The notes under the pieces: model-generated
Seen by the model: only the letters and a program-made list of their open reading frames with translations
The model's database searches: none
What the model was told of the DNA's origin: nothing
Origin: Narcine bancroftii
Taxonomy: Eukaryota
Direction of reading: 5' to 3'
DNA length: 64,000 nt
Assembly (NCBI RefSeq): GCF_036971445.1
Contig: NC_091477.1
Coordinates: forward strand, 4,836,001 to 4,900,000
Shown here: in pieces, positions 1-13,019 of the stretch
How the letters are laid out: the number at the start of each line of letters is the position of its first letter
Position numbering within the stretch: position 1 is the first letter of the stretch
Translations under genes and position numbers: made by a program

Positions 1-3000
1 CATTGTGACTTTATTTTTTAAATTATATGTTATCTTTTCCAATGGAATACATTTATTAATTTCCATGTACCATTGTTGTATACTCAGGCTCTCTTCCATT
101 CTCCAAGTTGATATTATACATTTTTTTGTTATCGCTAAAGCGATCATAATGAATTTTTTTGCACTTTATCCAATTTCAGGCCTAATTCTCTACTTCTTAT
201 GTAACTTAAAAGAAATATCTCTGGTTTTTTTGGTATGTTATTTTTTGTAATTTTATTTAGTATCTGATTTAATTTTTCCCAAAACGTATTTACTTTCGTA
301 CAAGTTGCATGTAATGTTGTTCCCATTTCCATTTTACAGCGAAAACATCTATCCGATAATGTTGAATCCATTTTTAATTTTTTTTAGGAGTAATATATAC
401 CCGCTGTAACCAATTATACTGTATCATGCGTAACCTTGTGTTTATTGTATTTTTCATAGTTCCAGAACATACATTTTCCCGTACTTCATTTTTTATCTTT
501 ATGTTTAGATTCTTTTCCCACTTCTGCTTAGGTTTATAGTTTATTTCATTTTCCTTATTTTGCAGCTTAATGTACATGTTGGTTATAAATATTTTAATTA
601 TCATTGTGTCTGTGATCACGTATTCAAAGCTGCTTCCTTCAGGTAATCTCAAGCTGTTTCCCAATTTATCCTTTAAATAAGCTTTCAATTGATGATATGC
701 AAATATTGTACCATGAGTAACCCCATTTTTGTACTTCAGCTGTTCAAATGTTAATAAATTATTTCCACAAAAACAATTTTCTATTCTTTTGATTCCTTTT
801 CTCTCCCATTCTCTAAAGGAAAGTTTGTCGATTGTAAAAGGGATTAGTGGATTTTGAGTCAATAGTAATTTTGGTATTTGATAATTCGTTTTTTTTTTCC
901 TTTCTAAGTGGATCTTCTTCCATATATTAAGTAAATGATGCCGTACTGGTGAGTTTTTATATTGCTCCAGTTTTTCATCCCACTTATAAAGTGTATGTTC
1001 CAGTACCTATTTTATCTAGTTCTGTCTTCGTCCAGTCTGGTTTTTCCCTTGTCTGTTAAAAATCTGATAAATACCTCAATTATGCGGCTTTATAATAATT
1101 TCTAAAATTTGGTAACTGTAAGCCACCTTGATTATACTTCTCTGCTAATTTATCTAATGCTAACCTGATTCATCCCTTTCCACAAGAATTTCCTTATTAT
1201 TCTCTTTAGTTCGTTAAAGAATTTTTCTGTTAAGAGAATTAGTAATCATTGAAATATGTATTGTATCCTTGGGAACATGTTCGTTTTAATGCAGTTTACC
1301 CTCCCTATCAACGTTAGCGGTAATTCTTTCCAATGTTCTAAGTCTTCCTGAAATTTCTTTATTAGTGGCTGATAATTTAGTCTGTACAAGTGGCTTAAGT
1401 TATTATATAACCTGATCCCTAGGTATTGGATTGCTTGTGTTTTCCATTTAAATGGTGATTCTTTTTAAAAATTCTGTATAGTCTGCATTACTCATTGGCA
1501 TCACTTCAGTTTTCTTTTGATCTTAAACCCGATATTTCTCCATATTCCTTCAATTTCTTATGTAATTTTTGACTGATATCTCTGGTTCTGTTAGGTATAC
1601 TATGATGTCACCTGCAAATGAGCTGATTTTATACTCCTTCTCCTTTATTTTGATCCCTTTTATTTTATTTTCTATTCTTATCAGTTCTGCCAAATGTTCT
1701 ATTTCTAAGGTGAACAATGAGGGGGAGAGTGGACAATGATGTCTAATTGACGTACTTAATTTAAAGTGACTCGATACATATCCATTTAGTGTTACCTTCG
1801 CCAATGGTCCATTATACAATGCTTTAATCCAATTTATATATTTTTCTGGTAGATTGAACTTCTGTAATACTTTAAATAAGTAATTCCACTCTACTCTGTC
1901 AAAGGCTTTTTCTGCATCTAGAGCAACAGCCACTGTTGGTTTCTTATTTCCTTGAACTGCGTGGATTAGATTAATAAATTTGCAGACATTCTCTGCTGTT
2001 CATCTTTTCTTAATATATCTAGTTTGATCGTGTTTTACTATTTTAGGTACACAATCGGCCAATCTGTTTGATAATAATTTCACTATTATCTTAAAGTCTG
2101 AGTTATGTAGAGATATTGGTCTATATGATGCTGGTGTTAATGGATCCTTCCCCGTCTTTGGTATTACTGTAATTATTGCTGTCTTACTTGAATCTGGCAA
2201 GTTTTATGTTTCTTCTATCTGGTTCATTACTTCCAGGAGAGGAAGAATTAATAATTCTTTAAATGTTTTATAAAATTCTATTGTAAATCCATCCTCTCCT
2301 GGTTTTTTATTGTTCGGCAGCTTTTTAAATATATCCTCTATTTCAAATGGTTTTATTAGTTTGTTTTGTTCCTCGTGCAATTTCAGCAGTTCAATTTTAG
2401 CTTTAAAACTTCCTCCATTTTATCATATGTCCCCTCGTTGTTTGATACAATTGTTCATAAAATTCCTTAAAAGTTTCATTAATCTCTGTTGGATTATATG
2501 TAATATGTTTGTCCCTTTTCCTTCATGCCAGTATCGTTCTTTTAGCTTGTTCTGTTTTAAGCAGCCAGGCTAATATTTTATGTGTTTTTTTTCTTGCAGT
2601 TCATAATACTTTTGCGTTGTTTTCATTATGTTCTTCTCCACCTTGTTTGCTTATAATGTTTCATATTTAATTTTGTTGTCTGCCAATTCTCTCCTTTTCA
2701 TTATATCATCCCTTTTAACTAATTCCTTTTCTGTACTTACTATCTTCCTTTCCAACTGCTCTATTTCCCAATTGTAATCCTTTTTCATCTTAGTTACATA
2801 ACTTATTATCTGCCCTCTAATCAAGGCTTTCATTACATCCCATAATATAAATTTGTCTTTCACTGATCCTGTGTTTATTTCAAAATATGTTTTAATTTGG
2901 CGTTCAACGAACTCCCTAAATTCCAGTCTTTAAGTAGCATGGAGTTTAACCTCCATCTATATGTTCTTGGTGGGATGTCCTCCAGTTCTATTGCTAATAA

Positions 3001-4998
3001 TAGGGGTGAATGATCTGATAGTAGTCTAGCATTATATCAGTTTTTCTAAATCTCCCTTGATTATGTTCTGACAACAAAAAATCATATCAATCCTTGAATA
3101 AGTTTTGTGCCTACTTGAATAATATGAAAATTCATTCTCTCCTGGGTGTTGCCTCCTCCATATATCCATAAGATTAATTTCCTGCATTGATTTAACCATA
3201 CATCTGGCTACTCTATTCTTTTTACTTGTCTTTTGTCCAGGTTTATCCAATATTGGGTCCAAATTAAGGTAAAAATCCCCTCCTATCAATATATTTCCTT
3301 GTGTGTCTGCAATCTTCAAAAAATATCCTGCATAAACTTTTGATCCTCCTCGTTAGGTGCATATATATTGAGCAAATTCCAAAATTTTGAGTATATCTGA
3401 CACTTTATCATTGCATACCTCCCTGCTGGATCTATTATTTCCTCCTCTATTTTGACTGGTACATTTTTGTTAACTAGTATGGCTAGATCTCTAGCTTTTG
3501 AATTATAGGATGCTGCCATTACATGTCCTACCCAGTCTCTCTTTAGTTTGTTCTGTTCCACTTCAGTTAGATGGATTTCCTGCACAAATGCTATATCTAA
3601 TTTTTCCTTCTTCAATAAATTTAGTGGCCTCTTCCTTTTAATTTGGTTATGTATTCCATTAATGTTTATAGTCATATAGTTCAACATGGCCTCTTTTCCA
3701 CATCTTCATCACCTCCATCCCCTTTGTACCCATTTTCATCTCTTAGTTTTCTCTTATTACACATAATGTATGGCAACACATTTAAGACATAAAGTTCCCC
3801 CGCAGTTCCCACATTCACTAATACCTTAACCCCAAAAGTTCCCCCTCTCTCTGAGTTTCCCCATACCCCATGCTGGGCAACCATAACTCCCCTTTTAATT
3901 TGGATTGCGATCTTGTTTGCAGTGTCAACTGATTTTGAAGTGACAGTTATTCCTCCTCTACCCAGCCCTCCCCAGAAAACACTTTTTTAACACATATAAC
4001 AAAGCTCACTCTCTTCTTTTCCCCCCTTACTCCCTTCCTTCCCTTCTCTTTTAACTCTTTAGTTCTTTATGCATACATTGTTTTTACATCTTTATATATG
4101 CTTTATTTTCATTCTTGCTACATCTTTTCATCTCTTCTCCTGTCCTGCAAACTTTCTGCAAATTCTTGCACTTTCTCTGGATCCGAGAACAGTCTGCTTT
4201 GTTCCCCAGGTATAAATATTTTAAGCATGGCTGGATGTCTTAATATGAATTTGTAACCTTTTTTTCCCAAAAAGTTGATTTTGCTGTATTAAATTCTTTA
4301 CTCCTCTTTAAGAGTTCAAAACTTATGTCTGGGTTAAAAATATTTTTTGACCCTTGTATTCTTATGGTTTATTATCTTCTCTAATTTTATTCCTTGCCCG
4401 TTCCAGTATATTTTCTCTTGTTGTGTATCTTAAAAAGTTTACTAAGATGGATCTTGGTTTTTGATGTGTCTGTGGTTTCGGAGCTAATGCTCTGTGTGTC
4501 CTTCCTATTTCCATTTCTTCCTGCATTTCTGTCATTCCCAGGACCTTTGGGAACCATCCTTTTATAAATTCCTTCATGTCGGTGCCTTCTTCACCCTCTT
4601 TTAGGCCCACTATTTTTATATTGCTTCGCCTACTATAATTTTCCACATATCAATTTTCTGAGATAACAACTCTTGTGTCTCTTTAATTCTTTTGACACTT
4701 TCTTCCAATTTTTCTCTTAAGTCATTTTCGTCCATTTCTACAGCCGTTTCCCGCTCTTCCACTCTTTTCCCGCTCCTTTCCCTATTTCTGTCATGACCAG
4801 TTCTAACCTTTGCATTTTATCTTCTGTTCTTTTCATGTTCCTTTTAATTGTATTAAATTCTATTGATAACCATTCTTTTAGTGATCTCATTTGTTCTTCA
4901 AAAAAGGCTTTATCTATATTCTGCTCATCAGTTTTATCTTCTATTTCTCTGTGAAGATCTTGGTCTTCTTCTTCCTCTAAGTCTGTGTCTGTATCTGT
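1..4998 (-). mobile_element. Decayed, 5'-truncated L1/Tx1-type LINE (ORF1 remnant ~4130-4998, ORF2 remnant ~3687 to beyond window start)
   Basis: Minus-strand ORF fragments: ORF1 (ENYSRRSNIKIVGLKEG, RTHRALAPKP...PRSILV), APE endonuclease (ININGI, FVQEIHL, GGDF, YSRID), RT (YRPISL, LDAEKAFDRVEW, CPLSP, FAGD) and a C-terminal CFRC motif. Many stops and frameshifts. Confidence 0.95.
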
Positions 4999-5004
4999 GA
5001 TTCT

Positions 5005-5130
5005 GTCCGAGAACGGGTAACACCCACTCCTGACGACGGCAGGGTCGCTCTGTTTTGGGTATCTTAGCAATCTAACTGTGAGAAAGTGCTATCTCTTCAC
5101 TCTTACCGAAACGGACGACCACCTGAGCAC
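5005..5130 (+). pseudogene. Possible remnant of the 3' end (cytoplasmic tail) of a protocadherin exon
   Basis: One frame reads TPDDGRVAL (cf. YPGTGRIVR in the 9032 gene). It is followed by gagaaagtgctatctcttc...ccg...cgg...ccacct, resembling gaaaagtgattttctcttc...ccgtgcgg...ccacct (KSDFLF region). Weak by-eye match. Confidence 0.35.
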
Positions 5131-5749
5131 CATATTTCCATTGTTGTTGGATTTATTTCTCAAATAATTTGATGCAGGATTTCTCTATCGAACCTGAAGA
5201 ATTAATATTGATACAGTGCAATCAGAGACCCACTTATTACATGGACAAATGTTATACATTTGTTGTCATAATAAATCCGGTGCGTGGCACTATATCTGAA
5301 GTACAATAAATCGTATGAATATAGACCTATAAACTTTATTCTTTGTTGTTGAAGTGGTTTGTCCGGTTGTATTTAATGTCCTTTACGCAGAAGTTCCATA
5401 TGCTTCATAATACTTCACCTGAGTCAAATTCTATCACTCATTCACCTTTTTCTGCAATAACTTGATTTGAAATATTTAATAATTATTAAATGTCAATCAT
5501 TTGTAGTGTTTGTGTCAGACCGAAAGCTGATGGAGACAGTTGGGTTTCTACACGAAAGCGAAGAATAGAAAACAAAGATCAAAATTCTATTTGCCATCCT
5601 GAAGTTTAGTACTGGGGACAATTTGAATAATTGAAGCTGCTTTACACTATGTGTTTTTATGAGTTTTACTCATTTAAAAAGATACGCATAGCACAGAAAC
5701 AAACTCTACTGTCCCACGAGCCCGTATTATATCCACTTGACCAACAACT

Positions 5750-5836
5750 CTCGTACGTTTTGACTGGTGGTAGTAAACCGCAGCACCTGGAGGCAACCCG
5801 GGCAGACACGGGGAGACCATACAACCGTCTCTACAG
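5750..5836 (-). mobile_element. SINE fragment
   Basis: Resembles the reverse complement of the SINE body at 53440-53570 (aaaccgcagcacctggaggcaacccgggcagacacggggaga). Confidence 0.55.
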
Positions 5837-6532
5837 TTTGATTATTGTACATTGATTCAGGCACAGTTACATGTGTGATATTTCCATGGAGTAGTTTATA
5901 GTCCACTTCTTTCCCCACACCGCGTATCTTAAATCTATGTCCTGTACTGATTTCCTTACTCTGGACAAATTTCAATCTGCATTCACCCCATCCATTCCCC
6001 TGAATACCAGTAAAAGATCAGGAAAAAAGTTAACCTTTTCAATATTCTTGGCCATGAGTTGTGTTTGGCTGACTGGTTTGATATTCATGCAGCTGAAACG
6101 AGCGTTTGCCTTATGAAATCGGAATGCAGTCAGTTGAAAAATCTGCGAAATGTTAGATCACATTCAGTGCACTGACTGAAAGATTTCGTCAAGAAAGTGA
6201 AGTATTAAAAATGGTGGTTCTTTTATCTGGGTTTAATGTAGCGCACGGTAAAAAAAAATACACTGGAGACGAAAAGATAAAATTGCAAGCCTAATAATCC
6301 AGAAATGACAACTATCAATCCAGAAAGACCACGTTCATGTCGTTGCAGGATAGCTGTAAAATGTCAATGCTGTTAATATTTCAGAACTTAGTTTGAATAA
6401 CGGCTGGCGCAAAACCAAACGGATGAACCCAAAAAATACTTTTTCATAACTTTATATTTCTATGGATTAGTGTTAATCAAGAGTGCCCTTTTCCTCCCTT
6501 GAAGAGAATGTGATGCGCTATGCATTCAGTTT

Positions 6533-8542
6533 CTTTCTTTGGCTTGGCTTCGCGGACGAAGATTTATGGAGGGGGTAAATGTCCACGTCAGCTGCAGGCT
6601 CGTTTGTGGCTGACAAGTCCGATGCGGGACAGGCAGACATGGTTGCAGCGGTTGCAGGGGAAAATTGGTTGGTTGGGGTTGGGTATTGGGTTTTTCCTCC
6701 TTTGCCTTTTGTCAGTGAGGTGGGCACTGCGGTCTTCTTCAAAGGAGGTTGCTGCCCGCCAAACTGTGAGGCGCCAAGATGCACGGTTTGAGGCGATATC
6801 AGGCCACTGGTGGTGGTCAATGTGGCAGGCACCAAGAGATTTCTTTAGGCAGTCCTTGTACCTTTTCTTTGGTGCACCTCTGTCTCGGTGGCCAGTGGAG
6901 AGCTCGCCATATAACACGATCTTGGGGAGGTGATGGTCCTCCATTCTGGAGACGTGACCCACCCAGCGCAGCTGGATCTTCAGCAGCGTGGACTCGATGC
7001 TGTCGACCTCTGCCATCTCGAGTACTTCGACGTTAGGGATGAAAGCGCTCCAATGAATGTTGAGGTTGGAGCGGAGACAACGCTGGTGGAAGCGTTCTAG
7101 GAGCCGTAGGTGATGCCGGTAGAGGACCCATGATTCGGAGCCGAACAGAAGTGTGGGTATGACAACGGCTCTGTATACGCTTATCTTTGTGAGGTTTTTC
7201 AGTTGGTTGTTTTTCCAGACTCTTTTGTGTAGTCTTCCAAAGGCGCTATTTGCTTTGGCGAGTCTGTTGTCTATCTCATTGTCGATCCTTGCATCTGATG
7301 AAATGGTGCAGCCGAGATAGGTAAGCTGGTTGACCGTTTTGAGTTTTGTGTGCCCGATGGAGATGTGTGTGGGGGGGGGGGCTGGTAGTCATGGTGGGGA
7401 GCTGGCTGATGGAGGACCTCAGTTTTCTTCAGGCTGACTTCCAGGCCAAACATTTTGGCAGTTTCCGCAAAACAGGACGTCAAGCGCTGAAGAGCTGGCT
7501 CTGAATGGGCAACTAAAGCGGCATCATCTGCAAAGAGTAGTTCACGGACAAGTTTCTCTTGTGACCTGCGCAACCTCATCTAACGCACCCCTACAGCCGA
7601 CAAGGTTGTCATCCTTGGCGACTTCAACGCTTGCGTCGGCAAAGACTCAGAAACATGGCCAGGAATCCTGGGCAAGCATGGCGTCGGCATTGCAACGACA
7701 ATGGGCGCCTCTTGTTGGAGCTCTGCGCAGAACAGCGGCTTGTCATTACAAACACCCTTTTTCAGCAGAGGGACAGCCTTAAGACTACCTAGATGCATCC
7801 CCGATCCATACACTGGCAACTCCTGGACTACATCCTGGAGCGAGAAAGTGACAAATGAGATGTGCTCCACACCAGGGTCATGCCCAGTGCGGAATGCCAC
7901 ACTGACCACCGGCTGGTTCGCTGCAAGCTAAACCTTCACTTCAAGCCAAAGCCCAGGAACAGTAAAGCCCCCAGAAAGAGGTTCAATGTTGGAAACTTGC
8001 AGTCAGACGAAGCAAGAGGAAACTTCCAGGCAAACCTCAAAGCAAAGCTCGACGATGCAATCCGCCTCACGTACCCGTCCCCTGAAACCCTCTGGGATCA
8101 GTTGAAGACTACCATACTGCAATCCACTGAAGAGGTACTGGGCTTCTCCTCCAGGAAAAACAAGGACTGGTTCGACGAAAACAGCCAGGAAATCCAGGAG
8201 CTGCTGGCAAAGAAGCGAGTTGCCCACCAGGCTTACCTTACAAAGCCGTCCTGTCCAGAGAAGAAACAAGCCTTCCGTCGCGAATGCAGCCATCTTCAGC
8301 GCAAACTCCGGGAGATCCAAAATGAGTGGTGGACTAGCCTCGCCAAACGAACCCAGCTCAGCGCGGACATTGGCGACTTCAGGGGTTTCTACGAGGCTCT
8401 AAAGGCTGTGTACGGCCCCTCACCCCAAGTCCAAAGCCCGCTGCGCAGCTCAGACGGCAAAGTCCTCCTCAGCGACAAGATCTCCATCCTCAACCGATGG
8501 TCAGAACACTTCCAATCTCTTTTCAGTGCCAACCGCTCAGTC
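6533..8542 (-). mobile_element. Young RTE-clade LINE with 5' inversion; 10-bp TSD CATTCAGTTT
   Basis: 6533-~7562 on the minus strand is the RT C-terminus (LLFADD, LRWVGHVSRM, GAPKKRYKD, CNRC zinc knuckle) plus an (AAAG)n tail. ~7562-8542 on the plus strand is the endonuclease end and linker (ILGDFN, TDHRLV, DWFDEN, RWSEHF). TSD at 6523-6532 and 8543-8552. Confidence 0.93.
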
Positions 8543-8732
8543 CATTCAGTTTATCACTTGTCTTAATAATGCTTTCGGTGTGGGTATAAAAAACACTGAG
8601 ATGGATGATATCTCAAGGAATTCATCTGTCTCTTCCTGATGCTAACCAATTTTCAAAAGGGAATTTGTAATTAACATGATCAGGACCATATTTTTAAATT
8701 GTGCACAACAAAATGGTCACAAGGACAGTCCA

Positions 8733-8820
8733 GCTTTAAGAAATGTCGATGTAGTTTGTTGAAAAGAACTGGGTGTGTCGCTGTGCACCAATAAGAATCG
8801 AAAAGGCAGGGATAGATCCA
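8733..8820 (+). promoter_or_regulatory. Clustered protocadherin promoter (CSE/CGCT element plus CCAAT)
   Basis: TGTCGCTGTGCACCAAT at 8776-8792, 256 bp before the ATG. GCTTTAAG at 8733, GATCCA at 8815. Confidence 0.85.
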
Positions 8821-9031
8821 TTTCCCGGCCCCTTCGACGTAGAAAGATCAGAAATGAGACGAAATGAGAACAATGCGCAGTTTTTACTTGGATGCCAGTT
8901 GAAAAAGATAACAACAATACAGTTATCTATTTAAAATATAAAAAAGAATACTACAATATTCTCGTAGAAGGCCATATCTCTGGATTTAATTGAGCTGTGG
9001 GTCGTATCGGGAAAGGATTTACTGCAGAACA

Positions 9032-11422
9032 ATGGCGAATTCGGCGATCAGCAACACCGCTGCTTTCCAAATCTTTGCGTTCCTAATTCTGGTATGTACA
9101 GAGCATTCAATTGCCGGGGAAATTCGGTATTCTATTCCCGAGGAAATGGAAGAAGGGGCTTTTGTCGGGAATGTCGCTCAAGATTTGGGATTGGAAATAC
9201 AGCAATTGTTTGATCGTAATTTTATGCTGACGTCTGATGACGGAGTAGATTATATTAATATTGAATTGCAGAGAGGGATATTATCCATTGCGAAAAAAAT
9301 CGACAGGGAGCAGATCTGCGGACAGGAAACAGCATGTACGATTTCCTTTAAAATCATATTGGAAAATCCTCTGGCGGTGTATCGCGGGGAAGTGGAGATT
9401 CTTGACGTGAATGATAATACCCCTACTTTCAGCGAGGGCACGATAGCTTTACAGATAGCGGAATCTATGGCACCGGGAGTTGGCTTCCCTCTAGAAAGTG
9501 CGCAAGATCAGGACGTTGGAATAAATGCAGTCGCTGCTTACACCATCAGTTCCAGTGCCTATTTCAGATTAAAGACACAAACATCTGACGACGGCGTGAT
9601 AGCTGTCGAGCTTCTGTTGGAGAAATCTTTGGACCGAGAGCTGAAATCATCCCTTCGGTTGGTTTTGACGGCGATCGATGGTGGGATCCCTCAGAGATCT
9701 GGCACAACACAGATTCTCATTACCGTAATGGACATCAATGATAATCCTCCTGTATTCGACCATAAAATATACCGAAGCAGCTTGAGAGAAAACGCGCCAC
9801 TTGGAAGCTTGGTGGTGACGGTCAAAGCTAATGACCTGGACGATGGGCCGAATGCTGATCTAACGTATTCCTTCAGCAAATTAACTTCACCAACATTGCG
9901 CGAAATGTTCAGTTGTGACCCCTATAGCGGAGAAATCCGAACCAATAGAAAGCTCGACTTCGAAAAATCTACCAGCTATTCACTCCACCTTCAAGCTGTG
10001 GACCATGGATCACCTGCAATTACGGGACACAGCCAGATCTTAGTCAAGATAATTGACGTTAATGATAACGCGCCCGAAATCAAAGTCACATCGACCACGT
10101 GCAAAATCATGGAAACCGTTTTGCCAGGAACTTTAATAACATTGGTCAATGTTATTGACCGTGATTCTGGTGAAAACGGGCAGATAAACTGCGAGGTGTC
10201 AGGGAGCATCCCCTTTAAACTTCAAACATCATCCAGCAATCACTATGAGTTGATTACGAGCGAGGAATTGGACAGAGAATCTGTCCCCGAGTATGAAGTA
10301 GTTCTAGTGGCCTGGGATTTTGGGTCGCCTTCATTATCGACAAATAAAACCATCCAGATCGTAATTACAGATGTAAATGATAATGCTCCTCTGTTTTCGG
10401 AACCCTCCTACAACATGTATTTGACGGAGAACAACGCTCCGGGGACTTCCATCTTCGCAATAACTGCCACGGATCCTGATATGGATCAGAATTCCTATGT
10501 TTCATATTCCCTCGTATGGAATAACATCCAAGACACGCGAATATCTAGCTTCCTCAGCATTAACGCATTGAATGGCACCATTTACGCGCTGCGCTCTTTT
10601 GACTACGAAAAACTCAAAACCTTCCAGATCCATGTTCAGGCCCGAGACGCTGGAGTTCCCCCATTGAGCAGCAGCGCTGCAGTGAATGTGATCATCTTGG
10701 ATCAAAATGACAACGCGCCTGTAATTGTTTCGCCTTCAGCGCAGAGTGGATCAGCATCTGCAGAGAGCCTGCCCCAGTCAGCGGATCAAGGCTACTTTGT
10801 CACCAAGATAATAGCAACTGATGCAGATTCTGGTCAGAACGCGCGGCTGTTTTATCAGGTTCACCATTCAACTGATCCCACCTTGTTCAACATTGAGCAA
10901 AACTCCGGTGAGATCAGAACTGCGCGCAGAATTTTCGAGTCCGACACCTCCATGCAAACTCTCGTCATCTTGGTGACAGACAACGGGCAGCCACGACTCT
11001 CCAGCACGGTTACAATTCACATTTCCTTTCAGGAGAACGTCACTGAAAGAATCACGGAAAGGAATAACTTGGTGTCGAATTCCGAATATGATTCTAATCT
11101 TCATCTTTATTTAATCGTCGTTTTCGGTTGCACTTCTCTTCTGTTCCTGGTGACCATCATTTTGTTGATTGGAATCAAATGTAAGCAAGAAGGAACTGTC
11201 ACCCAGGATCATAATTCCTCCAGTTGTTGCTACAGGCTTGGAGGTTCCAACGATGTGCTGGATCGGAGATATGGAACGGAGGAAACATTACGCTATCCTG
11301 GGACCGGCCGGATAGTTCGAGTGGGAGAAACACCGCATTACTCAGTCTGCCTCTCCCCAGAATCAGCGAAAAGTGATTTTCTCTTCCTGAAGCCGTGCGG
11401 TAGGCCCACCTCTCAGCCTTAA
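9032..11422 (+). CDS. Clustered protocadherin A1 (signal peptide, 6 cadherin repeats, TM, short tail; ~796 aa)
   Basis: ATG in CAATGGCG context at 9032 (the track's TTG start lies upstream). IRYSIPEE, EC1 Cys-X5-Cys (CGQETAC), repeated DRE/DxNDN/DxD motifs, TM (LYLIVVFG...), tail KSDFLFLKP. Confidence 0.95.
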   Translation: MANSAISNTAAFQIFAFLILVCTEHSIAGEIRYSIPEEMEEGAFVGNVAQDLGLEIQQLFDRNFMLTSDDGVDYINIELQRGILSIAKKIDREQICGQETACTISFKIILENPLAVYRGEVEILDVNDNTPTFSEGTIALQIAESMAPGVGFPLESAQDQDVGINAVAAYTISSSAYFRLKTQTSDDGVIAVELLLEKSLDRELKSSLRLVLTAIDGGIPQRSGTTQILITVMDINDNPPVFDHKIYRSSLRENAPLGSLVVTVKANDLDDGPNADLTYSFSKLTSPTLREMFSCDPYSGEIRTNRKLDFEKSTSYSLHLQAVDHGSPAITGHSQILVKIIDVNDNAPEIKVTSTTCKIMETVLPGTLITLVNVIDRDSGENGQINCEVSGSIPFKLQTSSSNHYELITSEELDRESVPEYEVVLVAWDFGSPSLSTNKTIQIVITDVNDNAPLFSEPSYNMYLTENNAPGTSIFAITATDPDMDQNSYVSYSLVWNNIQDTRISSFLSINALNGTIYALRSFDYEKLKTFQIHVQARDAGVPPLSSSAAVNVIILDQNDNAPVIVSPSAQSGSASAESLPQSADQGYFVTKIIATDADSGQNARLFYQVHHSTDPTLFNIEQNSGEIRTARRIFESDTSMQTLVILVTDNGQPRLSSTVTIHISFQENVTERITERNNLVSNSEYDSNLHLYLIVVFGCTSLLFLVTIILLIGIKCKQEGTVTQDHNSSSCCYRLGGSNDVLDRRYGTEETLRYPGTGRIVRVGETPHYSVCLSPESAKSDFLFLKPCGRPTSQP

Positions 11423-13019
11423 TGGTAAATCATATCCTTAATATCGAGAAATAACTCAATTGTCGGTTGTTATTTTACCATTTTCTCGCGTTTGAATCGA
11501 TGCACGTTACCTATATAATAATATATTTCCTTCCACATGTCTTGTTCTTGATTACACAAAGGGTATGACTTATTAGCCGTTATAGCCAAATAACCGTTAA
11601 CAGTATCTTCGCCTCCAATTAGAGGCTGCTCACTCTGTTAGACAATGTTTCTTCTATTGCCGAACTGTTTTATTTCTTTGTCAACTATTCAAAGCTTGTT
11701 AGCACATGAGCAAATAATTAAACCTGTTGAATTAACATATAAATTAAACATATAATATTCTTCATGCCGTATTGATACTACATGGTCATCAGTTCTATTC
11801 TCGTTATGGTTTCTGCTTCTAGGTACACTGCAATGTATTTCTCATATTCTTCATTTGATAGTATACTGCATTTCTATTTTGAAACAAAGTATGAAGATGT
11901 GGATTAGGAATTAATTATGTTACTTAATTATAAAAGCAACTGGAACGGTCATGACTTTCGAAGTTTACGTTAAAAATTAGAAAAAGAAGTAAGACCATTC
12001 GGCGAGTGTTCCCCGTGTATTTCATGATAATCAACCGGTTTATATTGGTGATCATCTCTGCTTCATGGTCTCTTCATAAATGGGCACAAAAGTATTGCGA
12101 TTGCAATTACATCTGAAATTATCGCAAGCAGGTGTTATAGGAAAGAGGCCAACACTAGCAATGGTGTCTATTGACGTAAAATATAATATAAATAAAAGCA
12201 ATTCAAATGTATGCTCACCATAATGAGGTTTACCCCCGAGAAAATATTCGGACTTTCAACCTTTCAACCTGAGATGAACTGAATGAAATAAACTGCATTA
12301 TGATAATTCTGGGTGGTACAAAAATTGACCATCTGAACGTCAGACGTCTTGCAGTATGATGGACGGGGTTAGATTGGTGTTTCTCTGTCCTGATTTTACC
12401 CATTTTACGTGTGCCTTTGGCATATCTGCTGATGACCTTCACTACACTATTAATGCTTCGATGCCATTATTTGCCGCTAATGGGGTTAAAGTGAGTTTTT
12501 TCGATTTTGTCGAATGTTTAGAATATGGTGATATTAACATAGAAATGAAAGACGTGGTAATTTATATCAATTGCACAGAAATATGCTTGAATTAACGTGC
12601 AATACTTTTAAGTATTATCAGACAAAGTACTTGTTAAACATCTGTACATATGTAAAACAGATAGGATGAATTGAGACGTTTATAATCTAGATAGTCATGC
12701 TTCAGATTAAAGTTGCAGTTACCGTTTGGCAAATTAATCGATTTTAAACTCAAAATAATGTTTATTTTTACTGAAATATATTCCAAATGGTCCATATAAT
12801 TCATTTATATCAACATATATTCATTACTGGAGTCATTGCTCTTGCACACGAATAGGGTTCTGCCTCAAAATTAATTAGTGAAATAGATCAATTGAAGTGA
12901 CAGGTTTTTCCCAAGCAGCAAATCAAATTTTATCGGTTACAAAAATTATTTCACCTGAACTGGATTTTGTGCACTCTATCAACCTTTCTATGACCTCAAG
13001 TCATAGAACCATAGAATGG

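Noticed and set aside
9665-9690. Exonic CTCF site of the Pcdh-alpha type at the TAIDGG codons
   Set aside because: Poor match to the CTCF core in A-D and explained by protein constraint.
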